This document shows positions 23,052 to 37,600 of a DNA stretch of 64,000 nucleotides, in pieces. The stretch comes from Tricharina praecox (lineage: Eukaryota): assembly GCF_024521635.1 (NCBI RefSeq), contig NW_026250433.1, positions 124,001 through 188,000 on the forward strand, given 5' to 3'. Within the stretch, counting starts at the first letter, position 1. Each line of letters starts with the position of its first letter. Position numbers and translations under genes: made by a program. Below the pieces are notes generated by a model. It searched no databases, was not told where the DNA came from, and saw nothing but the letters and a program-made list of their open reading frames with translations.

Positions 23052-24963
23052 AAGTAAAAGTAAAAATCACACAATACACATGGGCGATGCGTTGGGGATG
23101 CAAGCAAGCAAAAAAAGAATCAAGAATCGGAAGAATCGATTGCTGTGGAGTGGAGTGGGGATGTGTAAACCGTACACCGCACTTAGAGGAATTGCATGGT
23201 CCACGGAATGCTGCCCTACACTCGAGCCATTGAAATACCTACCTCATACCTAAGGTCGAGCGAGCGAGCGCTGAGCGGGTTTATCCAACGCGTCGCGCAT
23301 GCCCGGACCGGGCTCCGGATAACTACATGCTGTTTGTTCCAAGCCTCTATCAATCACACGGTCGTTATGTCACTCTGCTAGGCATAGCTCGTCCAATATG
23401 ACCACACCATTCCATCGGATTCCATCGGCTGGGCGAGACCTGTCGGCGAGACACACTCGTCCTCACTCGTCCTCGATGTCTCAGTAGCTCTACTATAGCT
23501 GCCACATTTAACACTCAACCATCCAGGTCGCCATATGATGTTCAGTCCCTCTCAACACTCAATCAAACGAGTAAGCACAGCTTTGGAGGCGCCATTCACC
23601 CTCGATGGATATGTTTGGCACGGAATGGAACCAAACCACTAGCCATTCACGTATGTATAGTGGATACCTCGAGCCCCCATTCAGCAACCAGCCCGAGCCC
23701 TTAGTGACCAGTCCGCACCAAGAATTAAGCACCAAGCACCAAGTACCACCTGCCGGAACGCAGAGCCGCGCTGAGCTGGACGGAAGGAAGTACCAATAGT
23801 AATGCCATCCCCAGTCATCCTCAGTATACGTACTTAAACCGCCAGCATGCGGATGAGGTAGCAGGGTTTACTAGCTATACAGATCGCCACCAGAAGGACT
23901 CCACGCTGCTGTACCAGCGGGCCGTATGCTCTTGGGCCATCCAGTGGTACTATACTACATATACTGTAACCTCAACTTCTCAAGCCGCGATAGGGAGACA
24001 CAACGCGAGTGATTCCGCGTGCGCGGGCAGTGCATCATGATATGTTACTCGGCTTTCCACCGTGATGGATCGTGTCCGAGCACTGTGTCTCACTCGGTTT
24101 CGCTCGGAAGCTTGTAACAGTGGAAACTTGGAACAGTAGAGAACGACGCTGAGAACATGATCCAATAGCTTTGCTTCAAACAATTCAAGTAGCTATTCGC
24201 ATTCACCCCACCCAATCACACTCTCCAGTCAGTCGACACAGGAACAGGAAACGTATGTACATCCCTCGCGAGCCGCGGCCGACGACAACCGGCATTCATG
24301 ATTCATTGCTCCCCCCAGCACCCCCAGCACACCCTCCACTCCGGCACATCAACAACCATTCGCCCTCTAAACCGGCCTCTAGGTATAGGTATGTACATCA
24401 ACCATCAACCATCAACCATCCTATCCCACTATGTACCCCACTCCACCCACCCAAGCCGTAAATACCCGCAACACTGTCATTTTTACAAAATCAACCACAG
24501 AGCCCAACACCAAACAAACCACAAGCCACAACCACCACTTCGTGTATGCAGGTGCTAAAAAAATATGCAATCCATCGTACGAAGCAGAAAACCACCGCTA
24601 CGCCCCCCCCCCACGCTTGACGTGAAAGAAAAAAATCATCAAAGAGGAAGGAAACACTCAGCAATAAGAGGTGAAAAAGGGCTGATGATGCATTACACCG
24701 AATGTGCGCCAGTAAAAGTATGTACCGGGAGAAAGAGAAAGAAAAATCATAGCATCCCAGCCGCAAGATGTCGCCAAACGCCGAGAAAAAGGAATGGGAA
24801 AGTTGTTGACTTGATGTGTAGATCTTGATCTCGCACTGGCCGTGTCGTGCTTTGAAAATCCGCAATTCTTTGGTTTTGGCTGCGGATAATTCTTCGGCGG
24901 TAGTGATATTGGCCAAGGAACAAGCCCTGATGTTCCGTGCGACAAGTCTGGAGCGAGACAAGT

Positions 24964-27900
24964 TTAGCTCTGCAGATCCCTCGGGCCGTAAACTTTGAAG
25001 CACGGCGCATTACGGTCTGGAAGGCGGCTACGTTGGTTCTGACTGGGCGTCAGCGGCATGACCCACGAGAGAGGGAAAGCGTGGGGAGGAAAACTCACAA
25101 TGACACCAGATTTGTAGCACAAAGTCCCATCCCTGAGCACTGGGATTGGCTCCTCTGGAAGACCAAAGATTTCTTCGAGGGTTTTTGGCGCCGGGTGCCG
25201 GTAACGGATGATCGACGTGACCGGTGTCGAGCTGTCGGTGACCGTTGCAGGCTCTTCGGGGTCATAATGGATCATTACCGCGTTGGTCTCACGACGCACC
25301 GGTGGTCGCACAGGCTCACGCTCACGGTGCAGATGGACTTTCATCAGCCGTGATTTGTCCAGTGCGCTGTACTTTGTTTTTCTCCAGCTCATCTCCCTCG
25401 GCTTGTAATGTAGTGCGGGCTTCGGCGAGGGCTCCTCGTCAGAAGCGCTGTCCAAGAAATCATCGTCGGCGAAGATCTCCTTCTTCAAAGGAGGACGACG
25501 AGCAACTAGCGTGATCTCCGCCTGATGGGCAAGGTCAATTGTGTCGATGATGGTACGCATCGGAACGTGCCCGTCGGTGGGAGATAACTTGAGTAGCCTG
25601 TTGAACTTGTTCTCCCGCTCACATTTATCTCTCTTGAGCTCGGTGATCTCTCTCTCTAGCACCCGAGTTTTCGCCCTCTGGCGCGATGCCAATTCGCTCT
25701 GGCGCTTCGTATAGTCTTTTTGTTGCCGTAGTTGCTCTTTTAACCTGGCGTTTTCGTCCTTTAAACCTGTGAATTCATCAACCGAATCTTCCGAGTCCGT
25801 CGGGTTCGGCTGCGCATACACCAGTCGTCCAGCCCGTTTCATCGCAGGCCCACTCCGCGGCTCTTTGCTCGCTGGCGCAGACTTTCGAGCGGTTTTTCCC
25901 GTGGCGATATATGTTGGAGTAGAACCAACCCGTCCTGGAAACTGACTATTCACAGCTGATAAGGGAGAAGTGGTAGAAGACGCAGGCTGCAGCTTGCACC
26001 CAGGCCGCCACTCCGAGGTGGCTAGTCTTGGGGGTGAGGGTTTTGCCGCCACCGACAACTGCTTCTGTTTGGTGTTTCCTGGCAACTTCTCTTGCCCGGA
26101 AAGAGAACGCCGGCTAATCGGGCTGGTGACTGATTTGTCCACCGCTGACGTATCATTAGTAGTAGCAGCAGCAGGTGGTGATCGGATCGGGGCCGGTGCT
26201 GATGTGGTTCTTGCAATTGGCTGCATGCTGTATTTTTGCATCACCAGATCTACCGCTGTCATAGCCCTCTTGATTGGCGGTGGCTCTATAGCTTCACCAG
26301 ATGGTCTTTTGGTCGCCCGCGTGGTATCACTACGCGAAGCCCAAGTCTTTGGCCTGGGCGGAATCGCCAGAGAAGGCGACGGCTTAGGACCCCACCGTGC
26401 CAACCCTGCACCCAATGGCGTTGATTGACCGTCAAATAATGTTGGTGGTGCCAGAGGTTCACTTGGTGGCTGATCTGGTGATGTCTGGCGAGGAATACTA
26501 CAAGATTTAGCACGATCACTTCATCGTAGTGGCTGCCAACTCACAAGGTGTGGTCCGTAGTCTCGTGCCATTTCTTGCTACAGAAAATGCAGTTCAGGTC
26601 GGACAAAACCGAAATCACATGAGATACACTGTCGAGTGCCTGAACGTTGGTAACTGCAACAGGTGGCATCGACAGATCCTCCGGAAACGCTGGTGGTGGG
26701 CTATAGGGAGGTGAAGAATTACCGCTTCGTACAGCTGGCTCTTCGGGAGACGGGGGTCTCGAAGAATCAATTTCCATGGAGGCATCGCTCAGAGGCTGCT
26801 CTACCACATCTACCGGATTCGGGGTCTGTTGTGGAGTTGCAGCGGCGACGGCGGGGGTTGATGGAGGCTGGGCCGGAGCACTCGCAACAATCTGTTGGCT
26901 CCTCTCCGTTGATGGGCCCGGGTTGATTGCCATTGGTGCAACTGGAGCAACCGTGATCGCTGTCTGGTGGGACACCGTTTTTGACGCCTGCGGCATGCTG
27001 GAGGACTCCACATCTTCTTCGGTGAGATCAATCACCACCGGTGAAGTATCTCCCATCTTCCCAGAGGAGACCCGAGGGCTATCAGGAACGGTTATAGGCC
27101 TAGCAGCGGTCCCTCGTTTTAGGGAGAAGCTTATGGGTCTACCAGAGGTACGGCGTAATCCGGAGTTTGCGGATTCTGGATTTTCCTGTACTGTTCCAGT
27201 TCCTGAATTCCTCGTGCTGCCACTGTTCGCATTCGAGTTCAACGTAGCGCAGTCCCGGCAGGGCCATTGTTTGGACCTACGGCTAGAGTAAGCAATTGTT
27301 TCCCCCCTACATCAGGCGACGTAGCGAGACTTACAGTCCCTCATTTTCCCGAAGCACCCGCGGAGCGTGACCGATAAGATACCCCTGACTGCATTGCGCG
27401 CACCTGTTCGTAGATGTGGGTAAGGACGTACGACGCGAGTTTGTGGACCGAGAGCTCTCGCTGGAGCTTTTGTTATCTGGATGGCCGAGACTGGACGGCT
27501 CGGAAACTGTGGGTTCTCGAGAGTCACTACTGGAGTCTTGGGCTCTGTCGGTCCGTCGAGCCCCATTGCGGGAAAGAGACACGTTTGGTGATTGATAGCC
27601 TGATCCATTGCCGTTGGTAGCGGATGCATTTTCCCGTCGGCCCTTGGACTGCTGCGACTGTCGTGATAAGCTGGAGTCTTCCCCAACTAGTATCCCCAAG
27701 ATTCTGTTCACCTTGCTGAATTGAGGGTGGTATTTGTATTCTTGGTGGTTGTTCTGGTTTAGCCTCCTGTATTCCTATTGCAGCCAAAATATCAGCATCA
27801 GTTCAGGAAACCGGAGGGCCGGTTCTGCGAATCATTTCACAAGGCAAAACAGCAGCAGCAACAAGTCATTTTCAGATCATAACAAAAGTCTTCACTCTGC

Positions 27901-27969
27901 GAATAGCCAACCAGCCAGCCGATCTTGCAGCCACACAAAGTCCTCTTTGCCAGAAACCATAACCTGCAT
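24964..27969 (-). CDS. Hypothetical nuclear protein with partial PHD-like Cys cluster, coiled coil and a C-terminal fungal-type motif; exons ?-, 27774-27335, 27282-26545, 26497-25099, 25038-24964 (start uncertain: ATG 27969 or 27835)
   Basis: Consecutive minus-strand ORFs join in frame through canonical introns, giving CAQCSQGYLIGH..QWPCRDC; coiled coil LKDENARLKEQLRQQK; C-terminal FGLPEEPIPVLRDGTLCYKSG..RLP. Confidence 0.65.
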
Positions 27970-30900
27970 CCAATTACTACTACCCGACCATCAACTTGCG
28001 ACTCCCCTTATGAGCCGATTGCCATTGTCTGCCACTGCCTTATGGCCGCAATCGTAGAATTTATTGGTCAACCATTCGTATACCACGAATGCCACCGAAC
28101 TTCGCAACCAGGCCATCGGGTTATATTCTCAGCAGCAACTGCAAGGCAACTTCCACAGTGGCAAGGCTGCTACTCGTTCTCGGAGGCGGATATATCGAAC
28201 GGATTCCCAAAGAGATTGTGGCTCCAATAAAGTGGGAACTCGATGTTTCATAACTCATAACCCACCGTCTTGCATTCTATTAATCTCAGAAGGAAGAGTT
28301 CGGAGGGTAGGGGAGTATGACGGTCGGTCCTATTCGACCAGCAGGAGCGCATCGGGAGTTAACCTGGCAAGAGAGGTCTGAGAGATAGAGGGATTAAAGG
28401 TCGAGAGAGAGAATTCCAGCAAGAGATTCGTGTAGCGTACACAGCGTGGCGAGTCGGCATAATAGGCAGTCAGACCTTTTACCAAATGTTTCATCATTGT
28501 CGACAAGTGCAGGCTGGGTTCATCTCCGAAGCCCCCCCAAATTCGCTATTCAAACAGACAACGTAATTTGTGCCCTTAAAATTTTGACGGCCAAGGTCAA
28601 CCGGGAGGGCGGGATTTGCTGTTGGGCTTGCAAGGGTTCCGGCAGCCGCAGTCGCTGCGGAAGGGAGGAGAAACGAAAAGGTCACTTGCCGCTGGAGTGT
28701 CAATGCCATTATTCCGACCGTATGGTGAATTGTGGTCCTTGGCGGAGCTTGCCGTCGATTTCAGCTTCCACTCGCTGCGGGACATGTTACGTCTCGATTG
28801 TTCTTGGCTGCCGCTGTCGCTATCGGACCGGTGAGACGGCAGGACAAGCCCGGGTTGTCGTGATAGCTATGTTGCTACGCAGCCGAACCGTGTCGGAGCC
28901 TAAGATGCGAGGATGGCGCAGTGGGGGGTGTGATCTCCGGATTTCCACCGACAGCCCAAATAGGCATCTAGGGGGGTAGGGGAGGGAGGAGTGGGAAGGA
29001 AGGAAGCAATGGACGGGCACGAAGAGTTCGTGGGAAATATCCGTGAAGATATTTGTGTGTTAGGGAAACAACAGAGGGAAGGCTGTGGTTGCGGGGGAGC
29101 AGGAGAGGGGGAGGTGGAGAACGAAGAGAAGGAAGATAGGAGAAGAGGGGATGTGGCGGAGACGTGGGTGCAGCGGAGACGTGGGTGCAGCGAGGATGGA
29201 ATTTGGGAGGGGAGGGGAGTTGCCAGGTCCACACGCGCGACGACGACACCCACGTATGGGCTACGAACGGGTCTGCCCTAAGTTGACTAAGCCGGCCGGG
29301 GGTGTTGGGGGGAGGGGGTGGTGGAAGGCTACAGCCTGGGAGAAGAGATAGAAAGGGGTGGAATCTTCTTCCTTCCCCTCTTCTCCTCCATCTTCTCCTT
29401 ACTCTGCCTGCCCGCGCTCTCTCTCGTTCCTACCGCCCGCCTCCAACTGGTCTTTCCCCTGCTCGAAGCCAACATGCCAAAGGCCATCGATCTCTTTTTT
29501 TTCTTCAATTCCCGCCCGGACCGCCGTCGGTATTGGTCTCGCGTCGCTCGTCGGTCGGACGGATCATGGATAAACGCCCGAAGGTCGTCGATGGAGTTCG
29601 GTACTCTTCATCGCACAGTGCTGGGGATCGTGATCCGATTCCTCGGCCGTCTTCTTCGATGTTGGTGGGTGCTGGTAGTGGGCGCCTGGTGGTGGTGATT
29701 GTGGTGGTGGTGGTGCGACTGCCTCGCTCCTCACGGAAATCGACGCGTTCGGCACATCATGACTCGGGGTACAGTTGTTGGACGCTACCTAAATAGGCAA
29801 CCCAACAAACCCAGCAGCCACTCCGGTTTCCGGAGCCGCCGTTCGAATTCAGGTCGCCAGAGCCAACCCTGCCTCCGCGGTGTCGGGACATCTGTGCGTA
29901 GAAGCACACCGCTTCACTGTCCGCACTTCATCTACATCCTCTTTCTCCTGCAGAGGCGATGCTGGTAATCCGACCGACATGAAACACATTCTTCCGGCAT
30001 CCCGATTGGCCGCATGGTTGGCCACCGATTGCAGACTTCAGAGAGCAACCGAGCTAGCTAGCTCTGCCGAACCGCAGACTGCTCTAGTTGGATACTGATC
30101 GGCGTTCATGCGGGCCCTTTCTGTGTTCCGCTGAGCAATATGCTGGGAAGATTGAAATAGCAGCTCTTCCCCGCCACGTCGGCGGAAAGTCCGCGTAAGA
30201 AGATTACACTCTAGCTCAACTTTCCGGGCACGAAGGCAGATGATACACTCGCTGAGAAGGTGGGTCTCAAAAACCGGTCTGGCGATGTATTTGGTGGGCG
30301 AGCGGAAGGAGTAAGTTAGCTACCTCTACGGACGTCTGGAGGATGGGATTCCGTCTCAAGAGAAGCCTTCCATGATACAATAGTAGCGAAATGACTCGTT
30401 CTCGTCGTCGTCAAGACATACATACCACAAGTCGGTTTGCTAAACCCTACCCTTTCCTCCAGGACACTTACCCCGCAGCTGTAAAACATTCAGATAGTAG
30501 TCGTAGGATGCTGCTTGCGCCAGCAGCCATTACTAGTAGTGCCAGCTGTAGGCTTCCCAGTCGTCGGTTCCATTCATCAGGATGCCTGCCTGCCGGAGAA
30601 CGGTTGTGCGAATGGACGGACAGGCCGACAGACAAAAATAATCGAAGCCTCCGGCCAATGGCCATACCTAACTGGCTGCTGAAGCCTGAAGGTACAGGCG
30701 GTCAGCCTCGCCAATAATCCAATCCCGCACTGGCTCCCCCAGCCAATAACGACCCCACAATCCGGCATCTCGTCTATGTAGTTGGCAGTTGCTGTGCGAG
30801 GCAAGTCCAGAGTCCAAGGCGGGGTCATCATTCATGCAGAGCTGTAGTACTACTCACCTATATCAATAACCGGTACGCCCTCTGACTCCTTCATGACCAA

Positions 30901-31909
30901 CTCCTGTCCCTTCCCCTCTCCTCCCCTCCCCCGCTATGAGAGTAATTCACAGCAAACGACGGTTACGACACCTCTTAGTACTTACCGGAGTCACATCCCA
31001 ACAGCTGTATTCAAGACGGGCCTCTCAAGTGGTGCATCCGCCATAGTGCTACTGTGCTAGATATAGCAATAGCCGCTGACGGCCGCAATCCTTCTCGACC
31101 CGAGACGGAGACGGGACACGGAATATATCTAGAAATTGGAAGGACGATTGCGGTAAGTTGAAGTATTCGCCTGCAGGCTGCTGCAAGCCAGTAGCCCCCC
31201 CATAAGACGGTCCGCTCGCCCTTCAGGCTTCCGAACCCCGATGGTCACCCATATGCACAGCGAGCAAAGCTCCAGGATTCACAGAGAGTCGAAACTGGTG
31301 ACTGGTCGGTTGGTTTTTCCCCTTACCGAAAACATTACCTCGCAAGAACCGTGCCTATTCACACGAGGGTTTGGCCCTCATCTCGGCACCGGTAACCGGT
31401 GACCGGTTTGTAAGATCTCCAGCCTCTCCAGACTCCAGAGTCCAGGCATGAATTCCACACCTCCACCTCCACGTCCACCTCCACCCCCACTGCGAACGAG
31501 ACGGTTTTCTTAGAACCGTGCACGAGACCATTTACTCTGCTATCATATTAGCTTAACCCACCGAAGATCGACACTACTGGTGGTATAGATACAGTAGCTC
31601 CGACTTGGTTGAGCCGACTGGTTATCAAGAACTAGCAGCTGTACTCTACTCTACCGACAAACGTCGAGAGAAAATTCCACATACATACGGCACCATGAAT
31701 ACCTACCATCGACAGGAAACCCAAAGGAAGTTTCCCCCGAAACAGTCCATGCGTCCGAGTCCCGAGTCCCGACTGACCTCGGGAGTGCACACACGACCTA
31801 CTCTACAAACATAGACAATACACAAAAACGGATTGACTGGTCACACCTCATCCATTGAGTCATTGACTCGGCCCACCGAGTTTATCGAAAGAGCATGAAG
31901 ACGCTGCGG

Positions 31910-32072
31910 CTAGATTGAACACCCCCTGGTATCGAGGGTTTATTTCCGGCCACGGCGCCTAGATTGAACATCCCCTCGTCTCAAGGGTTATTTCCGGCCA
32001 CGGCACTCGATATTTGCAAACTTGCGAACTTGTAACTTGCGAACTTGCAGCTTGCGAACTTGCGAACTTGCG
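31910..32072. repeat. 49-bp direct duplication followed by an (AACTTGCG)n array
   Basis: ctagattgaac..agggtt(t)atttccggccacggc at 31910 and 31959; about six AACTTGCG-like 8-mers at 32019-32072. Confidence 0.85.
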
Positions 32073-34633
32073 AGGTCGACCCCGCAGCCCCACCCACACC
32101 AACAACAATAACAACTTCGTAAAAAGCGAAGACAGGTTATCCAACTTTTTGGCTTCCGTTTCGAAAGAGGATAAGATGTACCCATTCCGAGTCCCGGTGT
32201 TTCTCCCCCGTCTCTATCCCGGAATCGTGTTGGTGTTGCCCGAGATTCGAGAAACCCCTCCGCCGTCGATCGTTTTTCTCATGAGTCACGAACGTCGTGC
32301 TCATGCTATCTAGAGATCTGCAGTCGCTCGGGATCTACAGTGCTCGTTTCGCATGTGTAACAGTCGGCGGTGGGGGCGGTGGCCAATATACTGGATTGAG
32401 CATTGATATTCCCTCCCCCCACCAACCCCCCCCCCCCCCCCCCCCCCCCCCACCACTATAAAAACAAAAACTTCTTTCTGCACATGTAACATGTTGCCGT
32501 AGGAACGGGATGCATCTGCCAGTTCGGACAAGATCATAACAAACAGACAGACAACCAGGAAATCATACTTATGTCCGACCTGACTGCCTCTGTTCCGGTG
32601 GTTCGTCTGCCAATGGAGAATTGTCGTTGCCTCTTCCTGGGCGCGACGACCTGATAGTTATCCGGCTGCTTCGACTACCTAGACTAAGAGTCGCTCATTA
32701 AATAGTTGGGGTGATTTTGTCTGGGGATAATTTTTTGGCATGTAGCTCCGGTTATCCGTGGAATGTAGAAGCAAACAAAAAAACAAAATGTTGCCTGTGG
32801 CATGCGGTTAATGAAACAGTTGGAAACTTGGGTCGTGCCGCCAACCGCCAACCTCCAACCTCCAACTCGGAACCAATAAGCACGTGACGAGAGACCGCGT
32901 TTCCTCTTGGAGTAATAAACAGAGGGCGCTACTACAGTAGATGCCCAGTTCCAGCGTCCGCCTTCCAAGGACTACAGGTGCCACCCTACCGATGCCTCGA
33001 TTCTTTGGAAGCGGGTTCGTGACATGGGGCGAGCCGCGAGCGGATACTTTCCGGCGCCGAGAACGAAGGAATGATCGCCCCGAGTCCTGGCGGGGCAAAA
33101 TCAGTGACGAACGAATAATACGGCTCCGAAAACCGCAACGGCGGTGCGTTGTCTTCGTATCCGGCGAACCTGGTCGCTGTTATTAATAGCCAGCGGAGGA
33201 GACTCGCAGGCCCGCAAGATGGCCGTCCGACGATTGGGGGGACACATGCCGACACCTAGTCTACTATGGCTTCGGTCGACGACGGACCATGCCGTTCATT
33301 GCGACGCCCGGTCTGGCCTCTACTAGGTAGTAGGTACTAGGCGGACGATTGACAATCTGCAAACACCGTCCATCATGCACCCTGATCCGCCATAGCTTTC
33401 CCGATCTCAGGTGAATGAGAGAATACCGAAAAGTAATCAGGCGCCAAGACTTTCGGCCCAGCTGAGAGGACGGCATAACCAGAGTTCCATCCAGCGACGT
33501 GGCGTTGTGTGTTCTTAAGAATAGCTGTTGGAAATCTAGAAGAAAGGCAGCCAGTGGCGGTCAATAGGATGGATGGATAGACCGCTGATCGTGAAGTTCC
33601 GGCCTCGCCTTTCGCAGCCCGTGCGACAGCTTCCGATATATCCCCGGTATTCCCGGTAGCAATCAGTAAGAGCCGACAGCCCACATCGGCGGTGCGAGAT
33701 ATGCAACACTCGGCGAAGGGCCGTAGGGCCCCAATGGATGCGACGAGCTCACGGATGAGAACCGGGAACTCCGAGCTGCAAACGCCTAGTTCCGGCTAAA
33801 CATGGCAGCCGCTGCCATCTCCTCCATCTCCTCCATCTCCACCACTCCCGACACCTCCGACACCTCCACCGCCGATACGGGAGCGGATGGGGCCACACCC
33901 CCCGCACCAACCGACGAAGCTGCAGAGAGATGCCTCCCTCCACACCGACAGTCGCCCGAGCAATCAGCGCATGCGGGCATGGAAACTGTTCCTGCGCAGG
34001 GTAATTCCAGCTGACAGAGATCAAGACGGGATGGGAGGGGTCGTTATTTTATCCCGCATGCAGCCTTTCAATACTACAGCAAACGCACCAAAGATGCCTT
34101 TCCTGCCTTTCCGGCCTTTCCTGCCTGCCCTGACAGACCGAGGTGAGAACCTCGCTACACACCAGCCCCGAGATCAACACCGTTTTGCTTTTTGCTATGT
34201 AAATCATTGCTTGCTCACGGCCCATCCCGACGAGATCAACACAGTCACACCCACCAAAGTTTGTATCCGATGGCCTCACGCGAGTGAGAAAGTGTGAGCA
34301 TGAATAGCCCGTTCACGTACATACTAGTTTGCATTCTCTCCGAAAAAGTAACATATATCATACCCGTAATGAAATGAATCAATAAACGTCCCCCGCTGTG
34401 CACAAGTGGGTAAATTGAAAAGAAGAAAAAAGGGAAAAAAAAGCAGCAACACACGAAACATCCGACATTTGAGGAACCCTTCTCAAAAAAAAAAGTAACA
34501 CCCGCACACACAAATCAAAGAACGAACGAACGAACGAAAATGATGGAAAAAACAAACAAGTCACGGATCTTATTGCAATGTCAAGTCTGGCCGGCCAAGT
34601 AGTAGTCGAGCCCACCGATTAGTGGCCCGTAGT

Positions 34634-37600
34634 TTAGAACCACGGCTGTCTGCGAGACCGCTCCCTGTAGGTACTCGCCTCCTCGGGGGTAAGTCCAATG
34701 AGGTCCAGCTCCATAGTGTACTGATCGATCGTCTCGGACTCCGGCTCCGGCTCGGGCTCACTCTGGCGTTGCGGCTTTGGCCGATCAAGATCCTCCACGA
34801 TATCATCTTCCTCAGCATCGGCATCATTCTCGTCGGGCTCGCCCTCGCCCTCGCTGTCGGTGATCTCAATTAAGCCCCAGAGACCAGGCTTAACCTCGAC
34901 TTTCTTACGAATCACCTTCTTCTGTTTGACCTTCCTTTCCTTGACGTCTTCATCCTCGAGGGAGTGCTTGATGCCGGCGGCAGCGACAACGGCGCTTTTT
35001 CTGCGGTCCCTTTGTATCATCGGCGGAATTTGACCCACGGTGGCCCTGAATGTGGATTCGCGTTTGGACGACCAATCCGTTTTTCTTTTTTGTGAGACTG
35101 GCTTCGAGCTGCTCAATGTACTTGAACCATGGCTGGGCTTGGGGGTATAGCCGGGAGTGCCCGGGAGAGGGTGCTTTTTTGGACGACCGCGGCCACGCTT
35201 GACAGGTGGAGTGCTGTGGTTGGCTAGGCCAGCCGTGAGGGGCGGGGTGCTGACAGGTTCCGGGAAACGTTCGTACGCATCCCTCACGTCGGCGTGTGGA
35301 AGTGGGTCAATAATGACTGCCCATGGCCAGTTGTGGGGAATCAAGCTCCGTGCAGATTCCAGCTCGTCATTGTATTCCATGTAATCCAAAATCTCTTGCC
35401 CGCTTTCTTCACTGCTGTCGTCTTCCTCTTCGCTGGACGATGAAGAAACGTACTCCTCGACGTCGTCGTAGCTGATAGCGCCGATGGTAGCCAGCTTCGT
35501 ATGGCGATCTGCCACTTGTCTGCGTCGATCCTTTTCTTCAGCCCGAAGTTTGGCGCGTTCAGCTTTTCTCGCAGCTTTGCGGAGTGCCTTCTCCTCAACC
35601 CTAACACGTTGACGCTCCAGTTCCGCCGCTCTCCGTGCAGCTACTTCTTCCTGCCGCTGAACACGGACTACCTCTACTTCAGCCTCTCGGCGGGCACGTT
35701 CGGCTTCTGCTTCAGCAGCACACCGAGCACGTTCCTCCTCAGCTTTAGCCGCGCGCGCTATCCGCTGCTCTCCCTGCCTGGCTTCACGAGCGCGCTTCTC
35801 CTCCCCCGTTACCGGCTCAATGTGTAATTCGTCTTGCTGGCGCAATACATCGAGGATCTCCTTGTTCATAACCCGGTTCCTCGGCCACCTTGCACTGCCC
35901 TGCGGGGTACTCTCCGTGATCGATTCCCTCCTGGCCAGTTTTTCCAGCTCCTCTTGCTCCCGCGAGGCAAGGAACTGAGCACGGGCTTCATTCTCTTCCT
36001 TCTTGCGACAGAGATAGGCCTCTCTTCTCCGCTGCGTGCTCTTTTGCTTCTCCGCGGCGACAGCCTCGTCGTCGACAACATTGAAGTCGTTCTCGTCTTC
36101 CGCAGAGCTGACAGCCTCCGATTTCCTCGGTCTACCACGCTGCCGTCTCAGCGGCTCAGCCATGCTCTCGGCGACAGGCGTAGTGACACTCCATGCCGCC
36201 GGCGGTAGCAAAGCAGCGTACTGACCCGGTCCAATTGATACAAGATCGGAGACGACCATGTCGCGCTCATAGATGTCGTCCATGATTTCTCTGAAGCGGT
36301 CCCTTGGCAACTTCAGATTGACCACCAGACAGGCCTTTTTCCTCCGCAGGTTCTTGGTCCACTTGTTTACAGCGTGCGTCTTGCGCACCCAGCCGCCGAT
36401 CTGTGCTTCGCGCTCCACTATTGCGGTGCGGGCCGAGTTCGGTGCGTGGGTCGGTACGCGGGAACGGCGGGGGAACTGTATGCGTGGCTTTTCCGGGGTC
36501 GCTGGGAGTGATGAGGGTGCTATCTGTAATTGACCTTCTGGGAGATGGGGCGGCTGGGCGTGAGGTTGATCGGGAGCTGCGGTTGTAGGTATGGGCATGG
36601 GCATGGGTGAACCCCGCCACATGGAGAGAGAGGTGTCGTCACCGCCGCCACCGGGCGGGTTCATGAGACCGGCAGCCGCAATGAAGGCCAATGGGTTTGA
36701 TTCGAGTGCGGTGAGGGTGCGAGACGTCGAGGGCTGAGCGGGATGTGTGAATTGCCCCGGGCCCTGATGCGGCGGTTGACTACTAATGTTACTTCCGCTG
36801 AAATTCTGATCCGAGCCAAAATGGTCGTTGTTCCCGTATCCTCCAGAAGGAAGAGGGGGACAGTGACGATGTTGATGTGACTGTAAAACTGTAGAACTGG
36901 AATCTTCCATACCACCACCCCGCCAACTTGCAGACTCATCCATAAAACCAAATGCAGAACTGAAAGATTTTTTTAACGCCGTCAACTCCAAACCCGAACC
37001 TGAACTCCGCCTAAAAATATTTTCGCCTCCATCACCACGGTATGCCTCACCACCACGGTCTGACTCAACATCTCGCTCTGCATCATCATTTTGATCGGCC
37101 TTCCTTGCCACTTCCCCGCCGTTTCTTGCTGTTGTCTGTATAGAGCCCAATGTATTAGATGTATGTCTCTCGTCGTGTTCGGTGGTAGTCGGTGACCTGC
37201 CTAGTGACCTTGCTGGTGTATTAACAGCCGGAAAGGAGTTACCCAGCGCGGGATCGACCGGAGTCTTCTCAGCCTCCGCAGCTCCCTTGCGCTTCGCATT
37301 GCCCTCTCTCCAGACAACGTTCCCCTTCTCGAAGGAGACGAGGGCCTCGTAGCTACGAGGGTCAGAAAATGCCCTCGTGGACTTGGAGAGATACGTGCCA
37401 ACCTGCTGGTATGGCTTCATATCCCCCTTCCTCCTGCAAGCCCCGCAGTTGCAAATACCCAGACAAACTGGGCAGATCCACTGCGGTACTGCCAGCACCT
37501 GATGGTTGGTTAGCTACATACGGCGCGGCAGAGATGATAAGTGGCAACTTACGTCTTCGAACGGGTCCATGTCGTAACCCCGCCAGAGATTCCCGTAACA

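Noticed and set aside
29329..29755. Minus-strand basic frame interrupted by TGA (..PSTVR*RVPNSIDDLRAFIHD..), considered as a pseudogene or editing target
   Set aside because: No clear start or family, and the stop is TGA rather than the UAG favoured by fungal A-to-I editing.
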